Source: Bdellovibrionales bacterium | GTDB taxonomy: Bacteria; Bdellovibrionota; Bdellovibrionia; Bdellovibrionales; JAGQZY01 | Direction of reading: 5' to 3' | Length of the DNA stretch: 64,000 nucleotides | NCBI GenBank assembly: GCA_964229765.1 | Contig: CAXREJ010000051.1 | Coordinates: 52,662-116,661, forward strand | Part shown: piece after piece, positions 29,007 to 38,699 of the stretch | How positions within the stretch are numbered: the stretch's first letter is position 1 | Layout of the letters: the number at the start of each line of letters is the position of its first letter | Position numbers and translations under genes: made by a program | Notes under the pieces: generated by a model | The model's database searches: none | Seen by the model: the letters and a program-made list of their open reading frames with translations, nothing else | What the model was told of the DNA's origin: nothing

Positions 29007-31025
29007 ATGAGTCAGGTTTTTGAAATAGTAAGCGATCATAAACCAGCTGGTGATCAACCCAAAGCTATTGAAAAGTTAGTACATGACTTTAAGGAGGGAG
29101 TGAAGCATCAAACTCTACTTGGAGTTACGGGAAGTGGTAAAACCTTTACCATGGCCCATGTCATTGAAAAGTTGGGAAGACCAGCCTTGATTCTGGCACC
29201 CAATAAAACTTTGGCGGCTCAGCTGTTTGTTGAGTTTAAAGAACTTTTTCCTAATAATGCTGTTGAGTACTTTGTTAGTTACTATGATTACTATCAACCA
29301 GAAGCTTATATACCGACTACGGATACATACATAGAAAAAGACTCTGCGATTAACGAACAGATTGATCGCATGAGGCATTCGGCCACCCACTCTTTGCTAG
29401 ATAGAAAAGACGTTATTATTGTGAGTAGTGTGTCTTGTATTTATGGGTTGGGAAGTCCTGAGGCTTATGAAGGGATGCTTGTTCAAGTGATCAGCAATAC
29501 GGATATGAAACGGGATCATCTTTTACGAGAACTTGTGCGGATTCAATACACCCGTGGGGACCATGATTTTCACAGAGGAACTTTTCGAGTCAGGGGGGAT
29601 GTTGTCGATGTGTTTCCCCCGTATGAAGATTCAAAAGTCATAAGAATTGAATTTTTTGGAGATTTTGTTGAACGTATATGTTGGTTTGATCCTATTACTG
29701 GTGAAGTGTTTGAAGAGTTGGATCAGATTGCAATTTATCCTGGAAGTCATCATGTCAATACAGAGGAGAGGCAAAAGAAAGCCATTAAAACCATTCAAGA
29801 AGAATTGCAGCAGCGTTTAGCTTACTTGAAAGAGAGCATGAAGTATGATGAGGCCAAAAGATTAGAACAAAGAACTTATTACGATATAGAAATGATTGAA
29901 GAGCTTGGTTTTTGTCAGGGCATTGAAAACTATTCAAGGCATTTTACAGGTCGAGCGGAGGGAGAAGCCCCTCCGACTTTACTTGAATATTTTCCTGATG
30001 ATTTTGTGACCTTTATTGATGAGTCCCATGTGACCGTGCCTCAGATTGGGGGAATGTACCGAGGGGATAGAGCTAGGAAAATGACTTTGGTTGAGCACGG
30101 TTTTCGGTTGCCATCAGCTCTTGATAATCGACCTTTAAATTTTCAAGAGTTTGAGAAGTTGGTCAATAAGGTTGTTTATGTTTCTGCCACCCCTGGTAAC
30201 TATGAAAAGGAAAAATGTCCTCAGCACATTGTGGAACAAATTATTAGACCGACTGGTTTAGTGGATCCCATTGTGGAGGTGAGGCCAGCAACTACACAGG
30301 TGGATGATCTTTTGGGTGAAATTCGACAAAGGGTCAAAAAGAAAGAGCGTGTCTTAGTGACGACTTTAACTAAGAAAAGTTCTGAAGACTTAACGTCTTA
30401 CCTCAATGGAGTTGGTATTAAAGTTAAGTATTTGCATAGCGATATTAAAACAGTGGAAAGAAGTGAGATCATTAGAGATTTGCGTTTGGGTATCTTCGAC
30501 GTGTTAGTGGGAATTAACTTACTTAGAGAGGGATTGGATATTCCCGAAGTGAGTTTAGTAGCCATCACAGATGCTGATAAGGAAGGATTCTTACGGTCCG
30601 AGCGCTCTCTAATTCAAACAATTGGTCGAGCCGCTAGGAATGCAGACGGTCGAGTGATTTTGTACGCCGATAAAGTGACACAATCAATGAGCGTTGCCAT
30701 GGATGAGACGGCAAGAAGGCGACAAATTCAGATGGAGTACAATCGGGTTCATAATATTACTCCCCAGACCATTTCTAAGAAAATTTCAGAAGGACTTGTT
30801 GAAATCTACGAGTCACACTCAACAAGGCAGCTTAACAAAAAATCAGAACTCAATGACTTGCTTGAAAAACCCAGTGAGATATCACGAGAAGTTAAAGAGT
30901 TACGTAAAAAAATGAAGAAAGCTTCTGATAACCTTGAGTTTGAAGAAGCTGCTCGCTTTCGAGATAAAATCAAACGATTGGAAATACTACAGCTTGAGTT
31001 ACTCGATGGAAATCTCTCTTCTTAA
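29007..31025 (+). CDS. uvrB: Excinuclease ABC subunit B
   Basis: [20 protein letters not shown], the beta-hairpin region, the helicase motifs, and the C-terminal UVR domain ([11 protein letters not shown]). Confidence 0.95.
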   Translation: MSQVFEIVSDHKPAGDQPKAIEKLVHDFKEGVKHQTLLGVTGSGKTFTMAHVIEKLGRPALILAPNKTLAAQLFVEFKELFPNNAVEYFVSYYDYYQPEAYIPTTDTYIEKDSAINEQIDRMRHSATHSLLDRKDVIIVSSVSCIYGLGSPEAYEGMLVQVISNTDMKRDHLLRELVRIQYTRGDHDFHRGTFRVRGDVVDVFPPYEDSKVIRIEFFGDFVERICWFDPITGEVFEELDQIAIYPGSHHVNTEERQKKAIKTIQEELQQRLAYLKESMKYDEAKRLEQRTYYDIEMIEELGFCQGIENYSRHFTGRAEGEAPPTLLEYFPDDFVTFIDESHVTVPQIGGMYRGDRARKMTLVEHGFRLPSALDNRPLNFQEFEKLVNKVVYVSATPGNYEKEKCPQHIVEQIIRPTGLVDPIVEVRPATTQVDDLLGEIRQRVKKKERVLVTTLTKKSSEDLTSYLNGVGIKVKYLHSDIKTVERSEIIRDLRLGIFDVLVGINLLREGLDIPEVSLVAITDADKEGFLRSERSLIQTIGRAARNADGRVILYADKVTQSMSVAMDETARRRQIQMEYNRVHNITPQTISKKISEGLVEIYESHSTRQLNKKSELNDLLEKPSEISREVKELRKKMKKASDNLEFEEAARFRDKIKRLEILQLELLDGNLSS

Positions 31026-31028
31026 GGT

Positions 31029-32936
31029 TTGATATTGATGGACTCTAAGAGTGATGAGCGTATTGAAAATTTAAAATTAAAAGTGGCAGACTTTCCACAA
31101 ACTCCTGGTGTGTATTTGATGAAGAATAACGCCGGAAAAATTATTTATGTGGGGAAAGCGGTGCGCTTACGCAGTCGAGTGCGTAGTTATCTCAATCCCA
31201 ATATTGAGCACAGCAAAACACAACTCTTAGTGAGAAATATTGCCAATATTGATTATATTTTAACGGAAACTGAAGCGGAGGCCTTTTTACTGGAAGCCTC
31301 TTTAATTAAAAAGCACAGACCACGTTATAATATAAGATTAAAAGACGACAAAGCTTATCCCTATATTCGATTAAGTCTTAAAGATGATTTTCCTCGTTTT
31401 TATTTAGCGCGAAAAGTTATCAGTGATGGTTCTCAATATTTTGGTCCTTATACAAGTGGCTATGTTGTTAAAAATACCATTCGCTTTCTCAATCAATCTT
31501 TCCAGATTAGAGACTGTGCTGATCATTTTATGAAGGCTCGCAAGAGACCTTGTATGACTTATCAAATTGGCGCTTGTACAGCTCCCTGTGTAAAACTTGT
31601 GGATGAAAATGAGTATGGAAAACAAGTTAAGAGAGCCAAGAAGTTTCTTGAGAAAGAAACGACCACTGTCATTAAAAAGTTAAAAAAAGAGATGCTCGAA
31701 CTTGCTGAAGAAGAGAAATTTGAATTGGCGGCAAAGTTTCGCGATAGTATTGCAGCAATTGAAAGAGTTTTAGAAAAGCAGGCTGTAGTCAATGCCAATG
31801 CTACAAATAATCAAGATGTGATCGGCTTTTTTGGAGATGAGCGTGGAACTCTTATTGAAACTCTTCATATACGTCATGGTCGGGTCATTGGACAGAGAAA
31901 CCAATTTTTCTCACAAATAAATCCTGAGAGTGATGGCGATGACATTAGGGAGTGGTTACCCTCTTTTATCAACCAATACTATCAAGAAAACATTGTGCCT
32001 GATGAAGTTTATCTTCCGACCGATTTAGGGCGAGACCTTATAAAACTTCTTGAAGACGTTTTTAAACATCGTGGACATGAAAATGTGAACATTACATTCC
32101 CAACTCATGTACAAGGACAAAAACTTGTCGAGATGGCGAATAAGAATGCGAAAAGTCACTTTGAGGCACAAGTTTCAAAATCGAGGAAGCAACAACAAGG
32201 GCTAGAGTTAATTGCTAAAAAATTACACCTTAAAGAAGCCCCTTTTAGGATTGAATGCTTTGATATCTCTCATTTTCAAGGGGAAGAAAGTGTCGGTTCT
32301 CAAGTGGTTAGTGAAAAAGGTGTATTAAATAAAGATCACTACAGAAGGTATAAAATAAAAAGTAAAACCGGTGGCGATGATTACGCGGCTTTGATGGAGG
32401 TTTTGGAAAGACGCTTGGCCCACGAAGAGTGGGAAGAGCCGGATCTTCTCATTATTGATGGTGGTAAGGGACAGTTGAATGCCGCAGTGAAGATTTTGAA
32501 AGAGTGCGGTAAGTCCTATATTCCTGTTGTTGGATTAGCCAAAGAGAGAACCAAGAGGAACTTTCAAGGGGAGCAGGTTGAGAAGTCGGCAGAAAGATTT
32601 TATTTGCCAGGAAGGCAAAACCCCGTGACCTTTGCCGAAGGTTCTGAAGCTTTTAAAATCTTAGTCGGCTTAAGAGATGAGGCTCATCGTTTTGCAATCA
32701 CTTATCATAGAAAGCTTCGCGATAATCAAAGCTTTGGTTCAGAATTAGACGATATTAAGGGGCTTGGTCCCACCTTGATTAAAAAACTGTTGATACAGTT
32801 TGGCTCGGTGAGTGAAATTAGATCAAAAAGTGTGGAGGAGCTAAGACAAGTTCCTGGTTTAACCACAAAGGTGGCTGAAGAAATTATTAAACACTTAAAT
32901 CAGTCTGAGAGTCCTACTCTCAATACGCCGTCTTAA
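31029..32936 (+). CDS. uvrC: Excinuclease ABC subunit C
   Basis: GIY-YIG (PGVYLMKN...IIYVGKA), a UVR domain (FELAAKFRDSI), an Endo V-like domain and a C-terminal HhH2. The ATG at 31038 is a more likely start than the TTG at 31029. Confidence 0.95.
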   Translation: MILMDSKSDERIENLKLKVADFPQTPGVYLMKNNAGKIIYVGKAVRLRSRVRSYLNPNIEHSKTQLLVRNIANIDYILTETEAEAFLLEASLIKKHRPRYNIRLKDDKAYPYIRLSLKDDFPRFYLARKVISDGSQYFGPYTSGYVVKNTIRFLNQSFQIRDCADHFMKARKRPCMTYQIGACTAPCVKLVDENEYGKQVKRAKKFLEKETTTVIKKLKKEMLELAEEEKFELAAKFRDSIAAIERVLEKQAVVNANATNNQDVIGFFGDERGTLIETLHIRHGRVIGQRNQFFSQINPESDGDDIREWLPSFINQYYQENIVPDEVYLPTDLGRDLIKLLEDVFKHRGHENVNITFPTHVQGQKLVEMANKNAKSHFEAQVSKSRKQQQGLELIAKKLHLKEAPFRIECFDISHFQGEESVGSQVVSEKGVLNKDHYRRYKIKSKTGGDDYAALMEVLERRLAHEEWEEPDLLIIDGGKGQLNAAVKILKECGKSYIPVVGLAKERTKRNFQGEQVEKSAERFYLPGRQNPVTFAEGSEAFKILVGLRDEAHRFAITYHRKLRDNQSFGSELDDIKGLGPTLIKKLLIQFGSVSEIRSKSVEELRQVPGLTTKVAEEIIKHLNQSESPTLNTPS

Positions 32937-33047
32937 AGTTCTTCTATTTCAGAAGTAAACGGACTCTATGTCCAAAAATTCAGGACACCCTTGGTTAAAG
33001 ACTGTTGAAGATCCTTTATTGACATAATCTTAACATTAAAAGGCAAG

Positions 33048-33149
33048 ACCTACGTCCTAAGATGAGAGCCCAGTCACACGATTGGGGAGCAATCGTGATA
33101 AAACCGTAGGTAAGGACATAAAGCTGGTGTGAGAGCCTAACACTTTTTT
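33048..33149 (+). other. Candidate structured leader or small RNA upstream of the nuclease gene (unclassified)
   Basis: An outer stem acctacg(33048-54)/cgtaggt(33105-11) encloses hairpin cacgatt-ggggagc-aatcgtg (33077-97). A weak gtgt/acac hairpin plus T6 follows at 33127-49. The region is locally more GC-rich than its flanks. Confidence 0.25.
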
Positions 33150-33212
33150 GATTAAGAAGTGAGGGAATTGGGCAATAGAAAACGCATCAGTTGACGACAC
33201 GTCCAGGGAGGG

Positions 33213-33923
33213 GTGATGGGTCGACGGGGAAGTCTGTTTTTAATTGTTTTTTTCTTTGTTGTGAATGTATGGGGAGGGAAACAAGAATTTATTCTTCAGG
33301 ATGTGTGTTCCGAGTTTATTGAACATACTTACTACACAGTCTGTTACGACGATCATCACCGGCAAGCACGCTGGGTAAAACACACTTTGACCTATGAACA
33401 AGTATCGGGCAAGCAGAAGCGAACTAATAACTATCGAAAAGATCCTTATTTATCTGACCCTGTTTTGGCTTCCGACTACAGGAACTCTGGCTATGATCGA
33501 GGACACCTTGTGCCGGCAGCGGATATGAAGCTGAATCGAACCTCCATGAGTGAAACATTTTATATGTCCAATATGTCTCCTCAAAAACCACGCTTTAACC
33601 AAAGAATTTGGGCTGCTATTGAGTGGGATATGCGAGGCTATGTTTTTGATTTTGGAACAGCCCATGTGATTACAGGGCCACTTTTACATGTGGGACTTGA
33701 GAGGATTAGATCCGGTGTGACCGTGCCGCAATGGTTTTACAAAATAGCCTACTTTCCTGAAGAGTCTATGATGAAGGCCTACCTCATTGAGAATGAAGAG
33801 GCTTTGGGAGCAGGTGCTGGAGACTTTTTGGTCACCGTGAATGAGGTGGAGCAAATGACGGGATTGGATTTCTTTTCAGAACTTCCTGATGTTTTAGAAG
33901 AGCAGTTGGAGAGTCAGCTCTAA
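33213..33923 (+). CDS. Secreted DNA/RNA non-specific endonuclease (EndoG/NucA beta-beta-alpha-Me family)
   Basis: Signal-like N-terminus (SLFLIVFFFVVNVWG). The catalytic block is SGYDRGHLVPAAD, followed by FYMSNMSPQ. Confidence 0.85.
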   Translation: MMGRRGSLFLIVFFFVVNVWGGKQEFILQDVCSEFIEHTYYTVCYDDHHRQARWVKHTLTYEQVSGKQKRTNNYRKDPYLSDPVLASDYRNSGYDRGHLVPAADMKLNRTSMSETFYMSNMSPQKPRFNQRIWAAIEWDMRGYVFDFGTAHVITGPLLHVGLERIRSGVTVPQWFYKIAYFPEESMMKAYLIENEEALGAGAGDFLVTVNEVEQMTGLDFFSELPDVLEEQLESQL

Positions 33924-34130
33924 GTTTGAGATTTTAAAAGACTCACTTAAGCATTAAGAATCAACTATGACTCATTAATCGTTGTTTTAGAAATCACCGG
34001 TCAGAGTTGCTCGCTCCAAAATGCACTTATTGTTATCAGATTATGCAGCACAACAATTGGGTTTGTTGAACCTCTAGAGTCTTTTAGGGACAATGAGTTA
34101 TTCGACTTTGTTAAGTGATGTGGGGTCCTA

Positions 34131-35393
34131 ATGGAAAAGATGATCAAATATTTTTTAATCTCAATTTTATCTTTAATGGTTTGGGAGACTCAGGCCGCTG
34201 TCACATGGTCTGAACCGGAAGTAGTGCCTGAAAAACTAGTCAGAAAGAACAGGAGAGTTCTTCGCTTTACGGGACAAACAGAACCTGGAGCAAGGGTTCG
34301 TATCAGAAATAATAAAATTAAACTCTACCTTGAAACCGGTGGGACACGTTGGGCTCGCATTCCCCAAAAGCACACTGTCCAGTTTCCTTTAACTGTTGAT
34401 AGCTCCGGTTTTTTTACTTTTGATCTTTATTTGCCCACAGTCGCCGTGGAAATTCCTATTCAAGTTATGGAGAATAAAGTTTGGAAAACCACCAATCTTA
34501 ATTTTCGGGTTCCCGACTCAGGTAAAGCCAATGACTTTGCTGCTATGGAAGAAAGTTTTAAAGACCATGGTGACCAAGGTGGTATGACGGGAATTGAGAA
34601 GGACGATAATTATTATTCGAGTAAAAGAGATCAGGGGCAAATCATTCAAGACCGTCTTGGTAAAAAGGGGTACGATGATTCCCGTTTTAAAGTATGGGGT
34701 GGTATAGGGATTTCCTATTTTAGTAACTCGGTGTCTCATTCTGGTGTGGGTTTCCCCAATGGGGGGATTAGCACTTCAGGAAGTTCTCTGGTTTTACCGG
34801 CTTTTGCTGGTGGTTTTGACTGGGATTATTCACCTAAATTTCTTGTTCAAGGAGCCATTAGAAGTGTATCTGGTTCAACCGACGATATTGGTTCTGGACT
34901 TGTTGTGACAGGAAATAACTTTAGCTGGTTACAAGGGCAGGCCAATGTTGTGTGGTTCAGCGATCATTTGAAAATGTCTAAAGGGCGTTTAGGGTTGGAC
35001 GTTGGTTTTCAATTGCAAAGCCTTCCATTTTTTAAAGAAAGACAAGGGCAGGCCGCTTTAACTTACTTTGATAATTCTGTTTATAATTTTCACGTAGGTT
35101 TAATGTATCAGAAGAAAAATAATAAAATATGGAACTATGAATTTTATGGTCGTTATCTTTACCCTATAATGACGGGGGACGCCTTCGATCTCGATTCCAG
35201 CTTTCCCATGATGTTTGAATTTGGTGGGGGACTTAAACGACCTCTTACAAAAGGCCTTGGACTTGGGATTTTCTCCCAGGTTAATTATTTTTCAAGTGAT
35301 GCGAAGTACACCGATCCTGTGGCAGGACCGCGCCAGTCATCCTTTGATTTAATGTTAATTACTGTTGAAGCAAGATTGATTGGATCGTTTTAG
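34131..35393 (+). CDS. Outer-membrane beta-barrel candidate (hypothetical)
   Basis: 420 aa with signal peptide (...VWETQA|A). The C-terminal half has alternating-pattern strands rich in G, S and aromatics and ends in ...RLIGSF, a terminal Phe as in OMPs. Confidence 0.5.
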   Translation: MEKMIKYFLISILSLMVWETQAAVTWSEPEVVPEKLVRKNRRVLRFTGQTEPGARVRIRNNKIKLYLETGGTRWARIPQKHTVQFPLTVDSSGFFTFDLYLPTVAVEIPIQVMENKVWKTTNLNFRVPDSGKANDFAAMEESFKDHGDQGGMTGIEKDDNYYSSKRDQGQIIQDRLGKKGYDDSRFKVWGGIGISYFSNSVSHSGVGFPNGGISTSGSSLVLPAFAGGFDWDYSPKFLVQGAIRSVSGSTDDIGSGLVVTGNNFSWLQGQANVVWFSDHLKMSKGRLGLDVGFQLQSLPFFKERQGQAALTYFDNSVYNFHVGLMYQKKNNKIWNYEFYGRYLYPIMTGDAFDLDSSFPMMFEFGGGLKRPLTKGLGLGIFSQVNYFSSDAKYTDPVAGPRQSSFDLMLITVEARLIGSF

Positions 35394-35424
35394 CTCGATG
35401 ATTATTTGAATACGGACTTTGTTA

Positions 35425-35676
35425 TTAATGGACGACGTATTCTTTTTCTTTAAGGGTAATTTTGCAGCAGGGACAGTGTCCTTGCTCTTTTATTTTAATG
35501 GCTTCATCGTCGTGTTTGTGCTCAAAAATCAACTCTGTTCCACATAAACAGCAGTGATTTTCAATCTCAATGTAGTCCTCTTGACGTGCTGTCAGTTTTT
35601 TTGTTTGAGGGCGAATCTGTTCCATTGTTGCAAATCCTTTATGAGTTAAAATTAATTTTTGTTTATACATTTCCAT
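35425..35676 (-). CDS. Small zinc-ribbon protein (hypothetical)
   Basis: About 84 aa from the internal Met (MEMYKQK...). Two Cys pairs are present (HCCLCG ... HCPCCK). The longer 117-aa ORF start looks like read-through of noncoding DNA. Confidence 0.45.
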   Translation of the reverse strand: MEMYKQKLILTHKGFATMEQIRPQTKKLTARQEDYIEIENHCCLCGTELIFEHKHDDEAIKIKEQGHCPCCKITLKEKEYVVH

Positions 35677-35827
35677 TCGGCGAACAGAGAGAACACTTAA
35701 GAGCTGGACGGAGCTTTTTATGTGATATGGCCTTGTCGACGGGGAAAGAATTGCTCGATTAGCAGCCTGTTGCGGCAATTTTGGGTGTTCTCTGGCCTTT
35801 TTTCCAGCCCTGGATTAGATTGATGCC

Positions 35828-36247
35828 ATGGATTTTTGGACCACATTTGTTTCTGAGAGCTTACAGTCACCTTGGATGATTCGCCCCAAGCAAATCGTAG
35901 ACTCAAGCACAGAGGACACCTCTGGCTTTTATATCTTTTTAGTTGAGGAGCTGCTTCCCGATGAGGCCTACTCCATGGTTTCAAAAATGATTTTAGCAAT
36001 AAATTTAAAACCAGAAGAGGTCACTATACTTAATCAAGGAGATGTGAGTGTCCATTGGTTAAGTCAGTTAAGTTCAGCAAAGAAGATTATCTCTTTTGGG
36101 GACGAATTCCCTGGAGAGTTTGGTGAATGGGTGCGTTGGATGGGGCATGAAGTGATTAAGACCCATTCCCTTAAAACTCTTGTTGATCAACCTCAGCATA
36201 AAAAAGAAACTTGGATGCATCTAAAAAAGTTTGGTCAAATACAATGA
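35828..36247 (+). CDS. Hypothetical protein translationally coupled to nfeD
   Basis: 139 aa. Its stop TGA (36245-47) overlaps the nfeD ATG (36244-46) as ATGA. The IFLVEELLPDEAYSMVSKMILAINLKPEEV pattern resembles UDG-fold / HolD-like proteins, but no catalytic motif was recognised. Confidence 0.5.
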   Translation: MDFWTTFVSESLQSPWMIRPKQIVDSSTEDTSGFYIFLVEELLPDEAYSMVSKMILAINLKPEEVTILNQGDVSVHWLSQLSSAKKIISFGDEFPGEFGEWVRWMGHEVIKTHSLKTLVDQPQHKKETWMHLKKFGQIQ

Positions 36248-37539
36248 AAAATTCTTTATCTTTATTTTTTGTCGTTGCTCTGACGACATTGACTTTCCAT
36301 TTAGCTCAAGCCAATTGCACATTGTCCATAGAAGTAAGGGATACCGTCGGACCAGCCACATTGGACTACTTACAGCGGGCCCAGCAAAAAGCCACTGAAA
36401 AAAAATGTGACTCTATTCTGACGAGAATAAATACTCCTGGGGGAAGCTTACAATCGACTCGTAAAATAGTGGAAGCTATTATGGGATCTCCCATTCCATT
36501 TTTATGCATTGTTCATCCCACAGGTGGGCATGCGGGCAGTGCGGGAGCCATCCTATTGCAATCCTGTCATGTGAATGGGGCTCTTGAGGCCACGAATATT
36601 GGCGCGGCAAGTCCTGTTACTGGCACAGGACAAGAGATGCCTAAAGATTTACGTAAAAAAATTTTTGAAGACACTCGAAGTTGGGTCGAGGGCCTAGCTA
36701 AGTATCATGGACGTAGCCAAAAGTTTGCAGCTGACATTGTTTTAGAAGCTAAGGCTTTGGATGCTAAAGAAGCTCTTAAGGAAGGAGCCATTGATACTGT
36801 CACTACAGATCTAGAGCAGTTTTTAGATTTTTCAAAACAACAAAAGGTTCGCCTGGGTTCAGAGAAAAATGTAGAAGTGAAAGTGGGAGAAATTATTGTT
36901 TATTCTCCAGATCTTCGCCACAACGTTTTACAAATCTTATCCAATCCTCAGTGGGCTTACCTTATTTTTATGGGAAGTCTGGGACTACTTTATTTTGAAA
37001 TGACTCATCCAGGTGCGATTTTACCAGGTGTGGTTGGAGCTATTGGTGTTGTTGTTTCCCTGATGAACTTTCATATGTTGGATGTTTCTTGGGGCGGGGT
37101 TTTATTAATACTTTTAGGTGTCGCCTTTATGTTTGCTGAACTTTTTGTTCCAAGTTTTGGGGCCCTTGGTTTAGGGGGATTAGCGTCTTTCATAATGGGC
37201 TCTTTATTTTTATTTGATGAGTCCACGGGTTATGCCATCCCAATGGGACTACTGATCTCCACGTCAGCCGTTTTGTTTTTGTTAATGGCTGGGCTTTCTT
37301 ATCTCGCTATGGGCGCCATGAAAAGAGGAGTCTTAAATAGGAAGAAGGAAAGCCTTGTGGGAAAACCTTTAACTGTTAAAAGTTTTGATTCAAAAACTAT
37401 GAGTGGATTGGGATTTCTCCATGGTGAGTTGTGGAAGATTCATTCCAATGAGATTTTAAATGAAAATGATAAAGCTATCGTCACACATGTGGATGGGCTT
37501 AATTTGACCGTGATTAAAGAGATCAAAGGAGTTTTATGA
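36244..37539 (+). CDS. NfeD-family membrane-bound ClpP-class serine protease
   Basis: Signal/TM N-terminus and a ClpP-like domain (INTPGGSL ... [11 protein letters not shown]). These are followed by multi-TM helices and a C-terminal NfeD OB domain (GELWKIHS). It is paired with an SPFH gene. Confidence 0.85.
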   Translation: MKNSLSLFFVVALTTLTFHLAQANCTLSIEVRDTVGPATLDYLQRAQQKATEKKCDSILTRINTPGGSLQSTRKIVEAIMGSPIPFLCIVHPTGGHAGSAGAILLQSCHVNGALEATNIGAASPVTGTGQEMPKDLRKKIFEDTRSWVEGLAKYHGRSQKFAADIVLEAKALDAKEALKEGAIDTVTTDLEQFLDFSKQQKVRLGSEKNVEVKVGEIIVYSPDLRHNVLQILSNPQWAYLIFMGSLGLLYFEMTHPGAILPGVVGAIGVVVSLMNFHMLDVSWGGVLLILLGVAFMFAELFVPSFGALGLGGLASFIMGSLFLFDESTGYAIPMGLLISTSAVLFLLMAGLSYLAMGAMKRGVLNRKKESLVGKPLTVKSFDSKTMSGLGFLHGELWKIHSNEILNENDKAIVTHVDGLNLTVIKEIKGVL

Positions 37540-38288
37540 CTATTTCAATTTTAACGTTTTTAATAATATTTGGACTGAGCTTGCTCTTGTCGATGGTCAA
37601 AGTTTTAAATGAATGGGAGCGTGGGGTTGTTCTCCGACTGGGACATAGTATTGGGATCAAAGGACCCGGTCTTATTTTACTTATCCCTGTTATTGATAGA
37701 ATCATTCGTGTTGATACAAGAACTGTAACAATGGATATTCAGCCCCAAGACGTTATTACGTTAGATAACGTGAGTATGAAAGTAAATGCTGTTATTTATT
37801 TTCGAGTGGTCGATCCAGAGAAGGCCGTCACACAGGTGGAAGATTATCTTTTTGCCACTTCTCAGTTAACTCAAACCACTTTGCGTTCGATCATGGGTCA
37901 ATTCCAAATGGATGACATCCTCTCTCAGAGAGATAAAATTAATCAAAAGCTACAAGTTATTTTAGATGATGCCACTGAACAGTGGGGGATTAAAGTGACC
38001 ACTGTTGAAGTGAAGCACATTGATTTACCTAAAGAAATGCAAAGAGCTATGGCAAGACAAGCGGAAGCGGAAAGAGAAAGGCGCGCTAAAGTCATTAGTG
38101 CTGAAGGTGAGCTGCAACGTTCTGAAAAACTTAAACAAGCTTCAGAGATGCTCTCTCAATCACCTGCTTCGTTACAACTGGCCTATTTACAATCACTCAG
38201 TGAAGTGGCCGGTGAGGGAACCAATACAATTATTTTTCCTCTTCCTTTGGAAACGCTTGGGAAAATATTTAATTCTGAAAAATCATAA
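37536..38288 (+). CDS. SPFH/band-7 (stomatin-like) protein
   Basis: ATGA overlap with nfeD. N-terminal TM helix, [11 protein letters not shown], and [18 protein letters not shown]. Confidence 0.9.
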   Translation: MTISILTFLIIFGLSLLLSMVKVLNEWERGVVLRLGHSIGIKGPGLILLIPVIDRIIRVDTRTVTMDIQPQDVITLDNVSMKVNAVIYFRVVDPEKAVTQVEDYLFATSQLTQTTLRSIMGQFQMDDILSQRDKINQKLQVILDDATEQWGIKVTTVEVKHIDLPKEMQRAMARQAEAERERRAKVISAEGELQRSEKLKQASEMLSQSPASLQLAYLQSLSEVAGEGTNTIIFPLPLETLGKIFNSEKS

Positions 38289-38295
38289 ATCCACT

Positions 38296-38322
38296 GGGGT
38301 GAGAACGCTCACCCCTTATTTC
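38296..38322 (+). terminator. Rho-independent terminator of the nfeD-stomatin operon
   Basis: ggggtgag-aacg-ctcacccc followed by TTATTTC. Confidence 0.7.
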
Positions 38323-38464
38323 AAACGTCTTTAATTTTCACACCCGAAACAAGGCCTTGGTCTGGTAGCGCCTTGATTTAAAAATTCAACCACATATTAG
38401 TCCTCAGGCCAACATTCAAAAAAAACTTCATTTTTTATATTTTTATAAACGGATTCTTATAAGA

Positions 38465-38585
38465 GACTGTCGCCAAATGGTTAGGTTCAAGGCGCGAAAC
38501 CTTCAGATCAAATGAGGGGTATACCACATACGTTGAATGAGAGCTGAAGTTGAGTAACGTAGAAGATGATTATTTGTCGACAGCC
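38465..38585 (-). repeat. MITE-like repeat family A, copy A2 (inverted relative to A3)
   Basis: By hand alignment, its reverse complement matches 39912-40032 with about 12 mismatches in 121 nt. Confidence 0.8.
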
Positions 38586-38699
38586 TTTATAAAACTGCCC
38601 CTTTGTCGACAACCTAGGTAGTGAAATTCTTCTGAGCGGAAGTCTCTTTTAATCCTAAGCTCCTCCTGCTATCCTTTTACTATTGCGTGGGGGATCTGG

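Noticed and set aside
33061-33120. Shared motif between the 33.05-kb leader and the 61.3-kb GC-rich element (ATGAGA-N1-2-CCCAGTC ... TAAGG) as evidence of one RNA family
   Set aside because: Only about 13 of 15 nt plus a 5-nt block agree, and the surrounding helices do not correspond. This is within what chance could give for two 100-200-nt windows, so it is kept only as something to test with a covariance model.
35718-35999. 93-aa minus-strand ORF and the 117-aa extended form of the zinc-ribbon ORF
   Set aside because: They overlap the divergent promoter region and the start of the 139-aa plus-strand gene. Their compositions (Pro/Arg/Ser-rich) look non-genic.
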